From Eledone cirrhosa (lineage: Eukaryota): a stretch of DNA of 64,000 nucleotides. The stretch is taken from the NCBI GenBank assembly GCA_964016885.1, contig OZ024740.1, positions 325,810,001-325,874,000 on the forward strand, written 5' to 3'. The stretch's first letter is position 1, and every line of letters starts with the position of its first letter. The notes beneath the pieces are model-generated. The model was given only the letters and a program-made list of their open reading frames with translations, searched no databases and was not told the origin of the DNA. A program made the translations under genes and the position numbers. Of this stretch, positions 33,595 to 46,600 are shown in pieces.

Positions 33595-36500
33595 CAGGCC
33601 AGAGAATTGTTCTTCCTCCTTCAATCTATGGTTCACCTCGCTTCTACAGTGAGTGCTTTCAGAATTCGATGACTGTGGTTTGACACATGGGAAAGCCATC
33701 TTATTTCATCACGGTAACAACTAACCCTAACTGGGAGGAAATAAAAAATAGTTTGCACCCTGGTGAAGAACCTAGAGACCGCCCTGATATTTGTGCAAGA
33801 GTCTTCAAGATCAAGTATGACAACCTCATGGATGACATACTGAAAAAAAATGTCTTAGGAAAAGTTGTGGCTCATTCTGCTACAAGAGAGTGGCAGAAAA
33901 CGAGGCCTCACTCATGCTCATATTCTGCTGATAATGGCTGAAGATAGCAAGCCCAAAACTGCTGATGCCATTGATCAGGTAGTGTACTGTGAGATTCCTG
34001 ATAAAGAGACCAATCCAATTCTGCATAAGATCATCACATCCTACAACATTCATGGTCCATGTGGACAACCTAATATGATGTGCTCATGTATGGAAGGGCT
34101 AGGACAACAATGCCATTGCTCAAAAAGTTATCCCAAAGCATTCAGACAAACCACATTTGTTGCCGAAAATTCCTTTCCGGAGTATAGAAGAAGGGATAGA
34201 CAGCATGGTGGTCACACCCATACAAACCAACTTAAAGGTCAAGAATTTACTGTTGATAATCGTTGGATTGTTCCATACAACCCTTTCCTCTCATTGAGAT
34301 ATCAGTGCCACATCAATTGTGAGGTTGTCCACAGTGTCAAGGCTGTTAAGTACTTATATAAGTACATCACAAAAGGATCACTTTCACTATTAAGGATGAT
34401 CAAGGAAATTGTGTCCATGCCCAAAATGAGATTGAGACCTATATCAATGCATGGTACGTCTCAACCAGGGAAGCATTCTGGAGAATCTATAAATTTCCAT
34501 TACATCATCAAAAACTGCCAGTTGAAAAGTTGCCTTGCCATTTACCTGGGGAACAAATAGTCGTGTATGAGCGAGGGCAGGAAGAAAGTATTGTTTCTAG
34601 GGGACAGCCAACGACTAAGTTGACGGAATATTTTCAACTGCATATTAGAGACCCACTGGCACAAAGCATATTGTATATTGATATTCCTAAATATTTCACT
34701 TGGACAAACAAAAAGTGGCAAAGAAGAAAAAAGGAACATCTGGATGGTGATCAACAATTTATGATTGAATCTCTTGGACGCATTCCAACAGTATCTCTCA
34801 GTAGACATCAATCTGAATTATATTACCTCAAGATGATCCTACATCACAAGGCTAGGTCAACTTCATACAAAGATTTGAGGACAATTGAAGGAGTTGAATT
34901 TCCAACATTCCAAGAAGCATGCAGGAAACTTGGTCTGTTAGATGAAGATGGAGAAAACAACAAAACTATGAAGAGGCCTCATCCATTACGCTTGGTCCTC
35001 AGCTGGGAGAGATCTTCTGCACCAAATTTTATTGCATAGCATGCCAAATTACCCTCTGCAGTTCTGGGAGAAATGGAAGAATTGTCTTGCAGAGGATATC
35101 ATGCATGAACGTCATGAGCAAGTCATGTCCATGCAAACCATGCAGATTGTTCTACAGAAGATCCAACATGATGGCTTGGACATTCATGCCAACTATGGAC
35201 TTCCTCGGCCAGACACAACTATTGTTGCCATACCAGAAATCAACAGAGTTCTTATGGCAGAAACTGATTTCAATACACACCAACTGCAAGCAAACATAAA
35301 TGAACTTCTGCCAACATTGAATTCTGAGCAACTGGTTATTTTTCACAAAGTAATCACCTCTGTAAATGAAAATGAAGGCAGAATTTTCTGCTTGAATGCA
35401 AGTGCAGGTACAGGAAAGACCTATATCGTAAACATCCTATTGTATTACCTCCGATCTAAAAAAAAAAATTGCATTTGCCACTGCCATATCTGGAATAGCA
35501 GCCACTTTGCTTCACAAAGGTAGAACTCTTCATTCCAAGTGCAAGATTCCTCTCAATGTAACTGCTGAATCAACTTGCTTCTTCACAAAGAGGGACGACA
35601 TAGGTAAACTTATGCAGCAAGCTGACCTGCTAATCATTGATGAGATAGGTATGGGACATAAGCATATCTTTGAATGCGTTGACAGAAGCTTCAAAGATGT
35701 TCGAGATTGCAAAAAGCCATTTGGTGGTCTAACAGTATTACTATGTGGACTGGAAGCACATTCTTCCAGTTGTACGTCATGGTGCTCGACAACAAATAGT
35801 TGAGGCAACCATCAAGAGATTCTGTCTCTGGGACTATGTGAAAACCATGGAGATGGCAACTAATCAACAGTTAATTAATGCAGAGGATTCTGATGAAAGA
35901 CAGTTTGCAAACTACCTTCTTGATGTGGGAAATGGTAACATTCCAACTGCTCCAACTATAGGTGCATTCACAATTCTTCTGCCAAATGAACTTTGTCTGG
36001 AATATGGTAATGTGTCTGAACTGTGTGATTTTGTGTATACAAATCTTCCAGGAAACTACACAAACCCACTATGGCTTGCAAATAGAGCCATTATCAGTCC
36101 AACAAATGATGCAGCAAGATTGGTGAATGAGTTCATGGTCAACAAGTTCCCTGGTCATGAAATAATCTATAGAAGCTCTGATACAGTAGATAATGAACTG
36201 CAATATCCAATTAAGTTCATCAACAAACTTACCCCATCAGGCTTTCCAACACACATACTTAAACTGAAGAAAGGCAGTTGCATCATGCTTCTGAGAAATC
36301 TGGATCCTCTAAATGGGCATTGCAATGGTACACGCTACATCATCATCAGTTTATATAATCATGTAATTGAAGCTGAAGTGGCATTGGGTTCCAATGCTGG
36401 AACAAGGTTGCTGATCCCAAGGATACCACATGTATCTCAAGAGCTTGAGTTCCCTTTCACCTTTACTAGCAAGCAATTTCCTGTTAAACCAGCCTTTGCC

Positions 36501-36684
36501 CTTACATGCAACAAGGCACAAGAGCAGACATTTGAAAAGATAGGTGTATATCTACCAACAATTCTTCTCACATGGTCAGATGTATGTTGCATTATCAAGA
36601 ATTACAAAAAAAGAAAATATAAAAATATTAAATGAAAGGAGTCTGTTTGCTGACAACTGTGTCTACAAAGAAATTCAACAGTGA
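33595..36684 (+). pseudogene. Helitron Rep-helicase pseudogene (HUH Rep + PIF1 helicase), N-terminus missing, frameshifted
   Basis: GSPR, GKPSYFITVTTNPNW, EWQKRGL.HAHILL, DNRWIVPYNP, KYLYKYITKG, AGTGKT, LIIDE, LLRNLD..NGTR and QFPVKPAFALT.NK across broken frames. Confidence 0.95.
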
Positions 36685-37539
36685 TGTGAAACAGCTATCA
36701 CTCTCTTTTAGTTGAAATGTATTTCAGTTTCTTTTTAACTGCTAGAAAAGGGACACTACAAAAACTTAAGAAGTCTATATGTGAATACAGTAAAACAACA
36801 ATATAGCAAAGGTAAACTCTTCATATTGGTAAATGTAATTCATTCATTCATACCAGCAGCATCTATTTTCAAATTCACTGCTTGAAGCTTCCCATCGACA
36901 TTCTCAAGTGAAGATTCATGAACATTTTCCATCAACAGTTTCATCGCTTTTCCATCTCCATTATCGCCTTTTTTTTAAATGTATCATGGATTACTTTACT
37001 GATTACAGAAGTAAGTGTAACACAGTCTTTGTTCAGTTTATGTGCTTATTGTCAATTTACGTATTATATTTATGTGCATATATATTTGCGTATATCAATA
37101 TACACACTATATAAGGTAGCAGAAAACCGCCCGAAGGGCAGTTCTTCTGCTAGTATTTCTAATGAAAGACACTGCTTGTGGTTTTCAAATCATTTTGAAG
37201 ATAATCAAGAATTTGGAGAGATTTAGTGACAATATTAAATTTCTCATTATTAAGCTAGTGTTTGGAATATAATGAAAAGTTCTTACATAAAATTATGATG
37301 GAAGGTTTTTAACACTTTCATTACCGTATATCTGATTTGATTTATATTTGATTACCATATATCTATGATTTGCAAGTCATAAGAATCAAGGATTTGGAAG
37401 AATTTAGTAATATAACTTTCTCAGTGGGGCAGTATGACATCAAAACACTTAAGACCCAAAGTAATTTAATACAAATTTTGTCTGAGTTGGTTGTAAGTTA
37501 TGTTATTACAAATTAACTGCTATTATTTTAATTATGGAT

Positions 37540-37730
37540 GGCGGTGGATTGGCAGTATCAGTAGAGGGTTGGACGCCATGCTTTGACGCATAGAGTTACG
37601 GCCCTTTCCATTCTGAGTTCAAATCCCGCCAAGGTTAACTTTGCCTTTCATCGTTACGGGGTCAATAAAATAAAGCACCAGTAATGCACTGGGTAATTGC
37701 TGGCCTTGTGCCAAAAAGTAGAAACAATTA
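37540..37730 (+). mobile_element. Full-length tRNA-derived SINE (Meta-domain-like)
   Basis: GGCGGTGGATTGGCAGTATC..GAGTTCAAATCCCGCC head; flanked by the direct repeat ATTATTTTAATT (likely TSD). Confidence 0.8.
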
Positions 37731-38414
37731 TTTTAATTCTGGAAACATTTGCTTTATATTTGCCTGTTTTTATTAAAAATTTCAAATCCATATTGTAAAA
37801 TTCATAAAAGTAATGACTGGTATTAATACAAAAATTCTAAATGTTGTCCTAAAGCAGTTCTATAGATTCTGATAATCTTATTTTTAAGATCTCAGAAACA
37901 CAAATCCCTCTTCTGGAGTACAGCCACCATCATAATCATTTAATATTCATTGTCCCTGTTAGCAAGGGGTCAGATGGGTTGTCACAGACTGTCAGTACTT
38001 AATCGGGGGCCCCTGATCTTTTAGATGAGTCAAAGGATACAATATGCTCACATTTCTGCACACAATAGAGTCCATTTTATTGTGGTATCATAACTGAAAA
38101 ATCCTCTTGACCCTTTGGTGAGTTTTCTATATTTGGATACTCTATATAGTATGAATTCAAGTTCATATAATGTAATAAATAATTCAAACTCCAAGATATG
38201 TAGCAGAATATTTTATTTTTTCAGTTGACAACTATATATATATATTTCTTCAAAATCTATTTGATATTTTCCTAGTTTTCAAAATTTTCTTTCATTATAT
38301 AGTAACATAGTCTAGCAAGGATTCTATAACCGTCAAATATATATAAATTAACTCTATATTTATTATATTGAACACTCTTCACTTTAATATATGAAAATTG
38401 CTGGATCATCATCA

Positions 38415-38463
<49 letters not shown>

Positions 38464-39469
38464 AGTTTAGTACAATAGATGTTATTTTTTATGCTACTTA
38501 AAGTTTCCCCATTTGATCTGCGTAACACAAATGAATAGTTCTTTCAGGTTTAAGCATATATTGTTTCCATATCATTTCTCCATTTGAAACAAAGAATGCT
38601 TAAGCCTACATGACCCAGTCAATTGTAATACACAGACCACCTGGTGAAACTAAGTAGTGTAAGAAATATGCCTATTGTGCAGTATCAATATGTGTATGTA
38701 TATCTATATATTCAACTCTATATTTATTGAATTCTCTCCTTATTCTTAAGTTTATATATATATATGATGGTAAATTTACATGTTACTTTTATCCAATCTT
38801 CCACAGGAAACAGACCCTTTCTCATAGTTTCTATTAGTTAAATGTTTGCTTGATAAATTGTTTACTTATTTGAAATAGTTGCTGATATTTTTACAAAAAT
38901 ATAAAAAGTGAATATAATATTTCAATTTCTTTCGACGTTTGTTTTCTCCATTCTGGTCTGGACCTAGATGGGATAGAAGAAAAAGATTTATATATTAAAC
39001 TGAGTAAATTTAAAATTATATATAACTAGCAGAGGATATTAAATAGCAATTGTGTATACCATTTATGTCAATACTTCAGTGCTGCTTCGAAAACTATACT
39101 TTTACAAAATCATCGGCATTTTCCAAAAGGGGGTTCCTGCCCCCAGGGGTCCTCTACCCAATATGTGCCAATTCTGATAGTTCACATTCATCTGTAGGAC
39201 AAACGTAGCCCATGTGTCAAGTTTTGTGATTTAACTAACGTTTTTATTTTCCTTCTCTTTGCATGTTCATTGTTCTTTCTCTTCCACTGTATTTACCTGC
39301 CTCTCACATGATCACACTCATCTCCACGCACTCATAATCTTCTCCCCCATTCTCCACTTTCTATCCCTTCCTCTGCTCACCCCTTACTTCGTCCTCGTGC
39401 ACAGCCTACCTATGTCTTCGTTCGACCCGTTGGTGGCCCGATTGATAAAGTTGCCACCACTTTAACCTA

Positions 39470-41478
39470 ATCCACTCTAGGTGGCGGAGGCTTGCGTCGA
39501 ACGACAAACAGACCTGCTTGGTGGAACGACTATGTTACAACCGGTCATCCTTCGACCTCTCATTCTCCACCAACTGCGGCACGCACGAGAGGAGCTAACC
39601 TGTCTCCACCTACCCTCTCCTCCTCTTCACCGCAGATTCCGAGTGAATTCAACCCTGCCAACCCCACCACCCCTACAACTGTTAGCTCACCACCCAACCT
39701 CCGCTCTAGTCCCACAGTTAGAACCACTGCTGCCTCCTTTACTGACTCACTCCCTCCACCGAATTCCAACGCTGGCCCTCTACTGCCGGCTGCTGCCAGC
39801 CCACCACCTGATTGCGCTCTCTGTGCCCGCACTAGCCGGGAATTAAAGACAATTAAATGTCACCTATGCCATGCAAGCTACCACAAAAGCTGTCTTGGCA
39901 TCACCAAAGCTCAAGCTGAAAGGCTTCAATACTGGACCTGTAATCGGTGCCACTTCAGCTTCGACGTATTCCCTGGGATGCTCCACACTTTGATATCCAA
40001 TTCTCTACCGAGGACTTTGCTACAGCCCTCCAGGGTTTCTCCAAATCAAAGCTAGTCAACCGGATCCCTAAGGGAGCTCGGAATAGCTTTGCATGTGCCC
40101 TCTCTAATTTATTGAAAAACGTTTGCTCGTACAACAATAGGTCTGACTGGCAGAAATTGTTTTTGTTTCCCCTCATCTCTCTTCACGCGCACAATGCAAA
40201 TTCGGGTTCCCTCACACCCCCTCTCAAGCGGCAGTTCCAGCTGTTTGAGTCTACCCCAACTACGTCTCACCTCAGTTCGACATCAAGCCCGGTGTCAACC
40301 AACAGACAACCGATAGACCTTAAGCAAACCGTCAATGCCAAATTCAGCGAATTTGACATTAAAGGGGCTGTCCGTCTCCTCTCTTCCCTCCCTCCTTCCA
40401 TGCAACTCTGATTCTCTTGAGCGACTGAAAGAGAAGCACTCATCGGCACCCCCCAGATGATCAGCTACACTGGCCCGAACCACCAGAATACTCGCGAACA
40501 GTTTACACCACCGATATCATCAGAAAGGTAATTTCATCCTTCCCCGCTGGGTCAGGTGTGGGAATTGACAGCCTTCATCCTCAACACCTCAAGGATGGTA
40601 TCTCCTTATCGGCCGGTGATGCCGGACTCGAGCTCTTGGAGAATCTGACTCAGTTTGTGAATCAGTTCTCTTCAATGAACATTCTCCCGTTCATCCACCC
40701 GCTGTTCTTCGGTGCGAAGCTATTTGGTCTCACCAAGCCCAATGGAGACCTGCGCTGCCTCACTGCAAAGGCATGTTTGCTGTTTGTCTCCGACTCACTG
40801 GCAGAGGGATTTTCCCCCATCCAGCTGGGGGTGGGTACCAAGTTGGGATGTGAGGTTGCTGTCCACGCTACCAGTCCCTTTACTACTTGCCCTCCTCGTC
40901 TCCCAAGGTCATCCTCAAACTTGACCTCAGAAATGCTTTCAATTCCGTCAGTCGCGACGTCGTTCTTGGCTCAGTAAGAGAGAGGGTTTCACAACTCTAC
41001 CACTTTGCTTGGCAGGCTTATCGGGAGCCCTCCTACCTCTCTTTCGATGACCAAATCATCACCTCTGCCTCAGGAGTCCAACAGGCTGACCCACTCGGGC
41101 CTGCTCTGTTTGCACTGGGCATTGATAACGTCACCAAGATGGGGGTTGAGCTGGACCTCAATGACGCTTGTTTGGGGGGAACTCCGGATATGGTTCTCGC
41201 CACTGCCAAAAAAATGGTTGAGGAGCTTGGCTGCCGGAGTCTTCAGGTCAATAGCTCCAAATGTGAGCTCTGGATCCTCAACCACCCAGCTTCTCAACAC
41301 CAACAGCTAATCAACCTGTTTGCAGAGTCCTTCTTTTCCATTGCGGTCCCTCCCCCATCGGCTTGGTGCTCCTTAGGAGCCCCAATCACAGACCTTGCCT
41401 TCGAGTCAATCTTCCAATCGAAGATGGTTGGCCTTGAGCAGCTGCTGAAGAATATTGAAGTTATCGAACCCCATCATT
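39470..41478 (+). mobile_element. CRE-clade non-LTR retrotransposon remnant with an N-terminal PHD finger, 3'-truncated
   Basis: CALC..CHLC..YH..C..W.CNRC; RIPKGAR; SFPAGSG.GID.L.PQHLKD; FFGAKL.GL.K; QLGVG..GCE; KLDLRNAFNS; SGVQQ.DPLGPALF; N.SKCE; frameshifts; catalytic YLDD degraded. Confidence 0.8.
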
Positions 41479-42697
41479 ACATTTTCTTTAATATTGCAAC
41501 ATTAAAAGAATATATCCTTCTGAAAGAATCGCGAGCAATTTATAATGTTATCTAAACATTTGTAATGTTATTTATGTATATACTTAAAATATATTTGTTA
41601 TATTATTCTACTGTAAATTTATTTATATGCTTTGTAAAATAAAAAGTATTTTACTGAGACAATACATTTAACATCTGATTTCCCTGGTAGCAAGGTTTGG
41701 ATTAGTTATCACAGACTAAATAACCTCAGATGGGCCAGAGTCCTACATCTCCCTTAAATACACACCTGCACACCAAGTGCTATATAGGCCAGGGACCAGC
41801 ATCTCACAAATATATTTATACATATATTTATTATATCGAACAACCTCTCTAGTGTTGATGACATAAAATGCACCCAGTACACTCTGTAAAGTGGTTGGTG
41901 ATAGGAAGAGTATGCAGCTGTAGAAAAACTCTTGCCAAATAAAGAGTCAAGAAAACAACCTCCTTAGTGCTGGTACCTTGTATACTGTAGAGGGCAGGAT
42001 TGTAAGTGGGATATAACTTCCAGCCAGTTTGAAAGGTCAGTTGCTCTGAATAAGTACAACCAGTGCATATGTCAGTAGAATGATCAGCCAATTGCATGTT
42101 AATTTCACGAGCAAGCTGTTCTGTTGATCAAACGGCTGGAGCACTTGTCAGAACTGACGGAGGTCCAACACACACACACACAGCGTGTACTCTAGTTTTT
42201 ACCTCTATAAGGGGCAGGAAGACTCTTCAGCTAATCTCCCTAGTGTTAGTAATTTACACAATAATCATACCCACTACACATTGTAAAGTTGTTGGTGATA
42301 GGAAGGGCATCATGCCAAACAAAGAGTCAGGAGCTCTCTTCAGCTGTGTCAAAGACATGAAAACCTTCCTAGTACATGCAAGAGGATAAAATGCATTTTA
42401 TAGTGTACGAGATTGTATGTGAGTGAGTTGCAGGTCTATCTGAGTACTTGGTAGAGTGCAGGAACATATGTAGGTGAAATGCAAGCATCTGGATCATCTG
42501 TAGCTTTGCTCGAGTACCAACATATCTGGAGATGATGTGTCCAACTCTTGTTAGCAGGGAAAGCAGACATTAAATAATAATGATGATGAAGGTGATGATG
42601 GTATTTAAAACATGCATTATACTAGCATTTCCCACAAATCAATGATTAATCAGTTAATTTCAAAAACTGTAAAGTCTACCTTTTATTTTGATTCTCT

Positions 42698-42753
42698 TCA
42701 GTATTCCACAGTTACAGTTTTTATCTTCAGGTATTCATTCAGAGCAGCCTCAC
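42698..42753 (-). CDS. ALDH1L last coding exon
   Basis: cag|GT GAG..TAC TGA; [18 protein letters not shown]. Confidence 0.93.
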
Positions 42754-43593
42754 CTGGGGAAGGTAAGAATAGAAAATATCTATTTAACAACATAAATATG
42801 AGTATATTTTAATTAAATTATTCTATTCATTTTGAAACTGGATTAATATACAATCGTTAACCATGGCTGGTTTTCAGGTCTGAAAATCAGTCATGGTTAA
42901 TGATTGTATATTATGTAAGCTCTGTTAGATCACAAAACCATTGGTAGCTGATGATATAATTTTATGTGCATGATTAGTAAATATATATTAGCTCCACAAC
43001 TGGATATATAGCACTCTTTCTTCTTCTTGATCATTATGTTGCACACACACACACATATCATCCTTATATATGTGTGTGTGTATATATAATTCAAATTAAA
43101 AGCATATGTATATTGTCATATATCATTAGAGAAAGAGACAGTATTTTGTACAAAAAGTATATGATATTTAGGAAACAGTATATACTTTAAGGTGGAAAAG
43201 TTATCTTCCTTACGGACGCTATTTCATTGTTCATAGAACTGGAGTGAAAATCGTTCTAAACAATCGATCATCGATTACCAACTATCGATTTTGGCATAGC
43301 TCTGGAAGACGTGGAACTAATTGTCAGAGGAAATCAGCTTTTCTGCTGAGAAACATATTCATCATACATATATATATTATGATACTTTAAATTAATATAT
43401 ATATATATATTTGTATTGGTGCTCCGACATAGCAATATACATATAAATGTAGGTTATTGTATAAGTTAGGTATGTGATGATGGTCACAACCTTAAAATTC
43501 ATAGTGAAAGGCCTTCAAATGTTTTTCATAAACACCCCATATATTATTCAATATACAAGAGAGGGAGAGAGAGAGAGAGAGAAAGAGAGAAAG

Positions 43594-43634
<41 letters not shown>

Positions 43635-46600
43635 GAAAGAGAGAGAGAGAGGGGGGGGGCTCTTCAGTTGGGTCTATGACCAACAACCTCAGCGAAGGTT
43701 GTTGGTCATAGACCCAACAACTGATAGTCCTCATCATAATATGTATAAAGGAAGTTTTAAATAAACCTGAATCTACTGATTATGGCCTCTGATCTTTTTA
43801 ATACTATGATGATGATGATATATATATATATTAAAAGAATATAATTGTCAGAAAAGTAATATAACACTGTTTATCACTTGGATAAGAATATTTAATAAAA
43901 TAGCATTGCTAATGATTTCAATCTAGTACTTTTGTCTTTCATGAGACTTATGAAGATATAAATTTCTTTGCTGTTAAAATATTTATTTGTAGAACAATGA
44001 AATACTCACCGAGATCTTTCCCAAATCCAGATTGTTTAAAGCCACCAAAGGGAGCAGCAACATCAGTTTTATTGTAAGTATTCACAAACACAGTCCCAGC
44101 CTGAATACTGTCTGCTACAGTTAATGCTTTGCTGATATCTTTGGTAAAAACACCAGAAGCTAACCCATATTCCGTGTCATTAGCTCTCCGCAATACACCT
44201 TCAATATCCCTGTAAAAACATAATTTTGAGGAATCTATTATATTAAAGCTGGTGTACCTGTCATAAAAGAATGCCTGTTACACTGTGCAAAGAGGATAAA
44301 ATGAGATTGGTGACAGTGGTAGCAGGAACACCAAATTCTTTTTATAATCTCAGACCATTATAGAATGTGGTTGGTGTGAGAAAGAGAAAGAAACAGAGAC
44401 ATTTGTATGAAGTCTTTATGGAAATGGGATGGTAAGAATGTGTGTATGAGAATATATATATCATCCATTTTACATTCCATTTTCCTATCCTTACATCATG
44501 AAGACAGCTCTTTTTCAGCATGGCCTTCCTCCATTTTTAACATTCCTTCGAGATCTCTGTGAGATTCAGCCTTTTGAGATCCTCTTTCAACCCTTCTATC
44601 ATGTGTATATCATCATATATATATAATCATCATCACCATCATCGTTTTTACATCCATTTTTCCATACTTGCATGGGTCCTTCTCAGCACAGCATCTCTTC
44701 CTTTGTCATCTCTTCTGTGAGTCACAGTGATTTGAGGTCAGTTCTTACCACCTCTGCACAGATCTTTCTTGGTCTACCTCTACTGCGACTTTCTTCCGCT
44801 GGCATTTCCTGGCACTTCTTCACTCATCAATCATTACCAATGTGCGTCACATGTCTGTACCAACACAGTTTTCTCTCCTGCACATTACCTTAGATTCTTC
44901 TTCAACTTAGCTTCTCTCTCAGATTGTCCAAGCTCTGCTTATCTCTCACACTGACATTGCTCATCCAATGAAGCATGGTTGCTTCATTTCTCTCCAGTCT
45001 ATGCATGTCGTCTGCAGTCACAGCCCATGTTTCACTACTATGAAGCATTGCACTTCACACACAGGTCTCGTACAGTCATCTTTTTGAATATAGGAGTCTG
45101 CATCACACTTACATGTGTTCCCATACCCTACTAACAGCTCTCTCTCTATATATATATATATTATGCATTCAGTTTTTTGATTAACTGAATCTCCAACTCA
45201 TGAAAGTGGTTGAGTATTCTACAGACATGTGTACCATTAATGTAATTCCTAGGCAGAATCAACATGAAACAATATATAATAAGACTGGCCCTTTTAATGT
45301 ACTGTCTTTGCTGTCAGTAATGCAATGGGATAATTGCTGGCCTTGTGCCAAAAATAGAAACAATTATTATTGGGCGGTGGATTGGCAGTATCGGTAGAGG
45401 ATCAGACGCAATGTTTTGTAGCATAGAGTTACGGCCCTTTACGTTCTGAGTTCAAATCCCGCTGAGGTTAACTTTGCCTTTCATCCTTATGTGGTCGATA
45501 AAACAAAGTACCAGTAATGCACTGGGATAATTGCTGGCCTTGTGCCAAAAATTAGAAACAATTATTGTGTAAGTGACCAAGCATTGCAGAAGCATGTGTC
45601 CCCTTAATATAATTAATGTGTCCCCTTAAGCTGAATCAGGATGACACAATTTTTGACAAAGGTTGACCCATTGAATTACAGAAACAATCCATCCACTGGA
45701 CTTTTTCACAGTTCCCATCTACTCAATTCCACTCACAAGACTTGAGGCTATGCTAAAGACACATGCTCAAGATACCACACACACACAACAGAGATGAAAT
45801 GTGATAAACTGACCCATCTGTAAACTTTGATATCACCATTACTGGTCCAAATGATTCTTCTCTGGCAATAAAGTTGTCATCTTGAACATCTGTGAAGACT
45901 GTTGGCATCATAAAATAACCTGGAACAAAACAGAATCATCATTATCATCACCATCATTTTATGTTCGCTGTTACACGCTTGCATAGGTTGATTAAACAGA
46001 AATAATATAGAGTCTAAGAGGACTTTTCAGTCTGAACCACTATATAACAACCTCCCTAGTGCTGGTGCCATGATAAAATACACCTAGTATACTCTGTTAA
46101 GACATTCTGTAAAGATGTATACTGGTGTTATGATGAAATGTACCTAGTACATTTGGTAAAGATGTTCTGGTGTCATGATGAAATGTATCTAGTACATTCT
46201 ATAAAAATGTAGTACTGGTGCCATGATAGAAGGTACTTGGTACATTTTGGAAAAATGTAGTACTGGTGTTAAGATAAAATGTACTTAGTACATTCTGTAA
46301 AGATGTAGTATTGGTACCAGCCATAATAAAATGCAGCCAGTACACTCTGTAAAGTGGTAGAGCTATTATTAACATTAATGCCAAGATACTACCTGGACAG
46401 TCCACACGTTTTCCTCCATAAACTAGTGTTGCTCCTTGCTTTATTCCAAGTTCACAATATTCCAGTAATTTGTCCAGGTGAGATTTGTGATTCTGAGGGC
46501 CATGGTCCACAGAACGATCCAGAGGGTTACCTATCTTCATTTTCTTTATTTCTGCTAACTGGGGAAGAGGAAAGATAGATAGATGATATTAGAGGACAAG

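Larger units (their letters stand above)
28718..37153 (+). mobile_element. Helitron (~8.4 kb) with decayed RepHel and captured repeats
   Basis: 3' hairpin TAGCAGAAAACCGCCC-GAA-GGGCAGTTCTTCTGCTA ending CTAG|T at 37153; candidate 5' end A|TCTAAACTATAATAAAG at 28718. The 3' end is firm; the 5' boundary is inferred. Confidence 0.6.

Noticed and set aside
33595-36684. Host PIF1 helicase gene
   Set aside because: Intronless, fused to an HUH Rep domain, frameshifted, and followed by a Helitron 3' terminus
37540-37632. tRNA genes (A/B boxes in many places)
   Set aside because: No complete cloverleaf; each head continues into a shared SINE body and tail
39025-39240. Additional Helitron/Helentron-like fragment starting ACTAG
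   Set aside because: No recognisable hairpin or second terminus; too weak to call
43655-43670. Minus-strand CTGAAGA as a hammerhead core
   Set aside because: No stem II-GAAA follows; CTCTTCAGTTG is part of a common retroposon motif in this window
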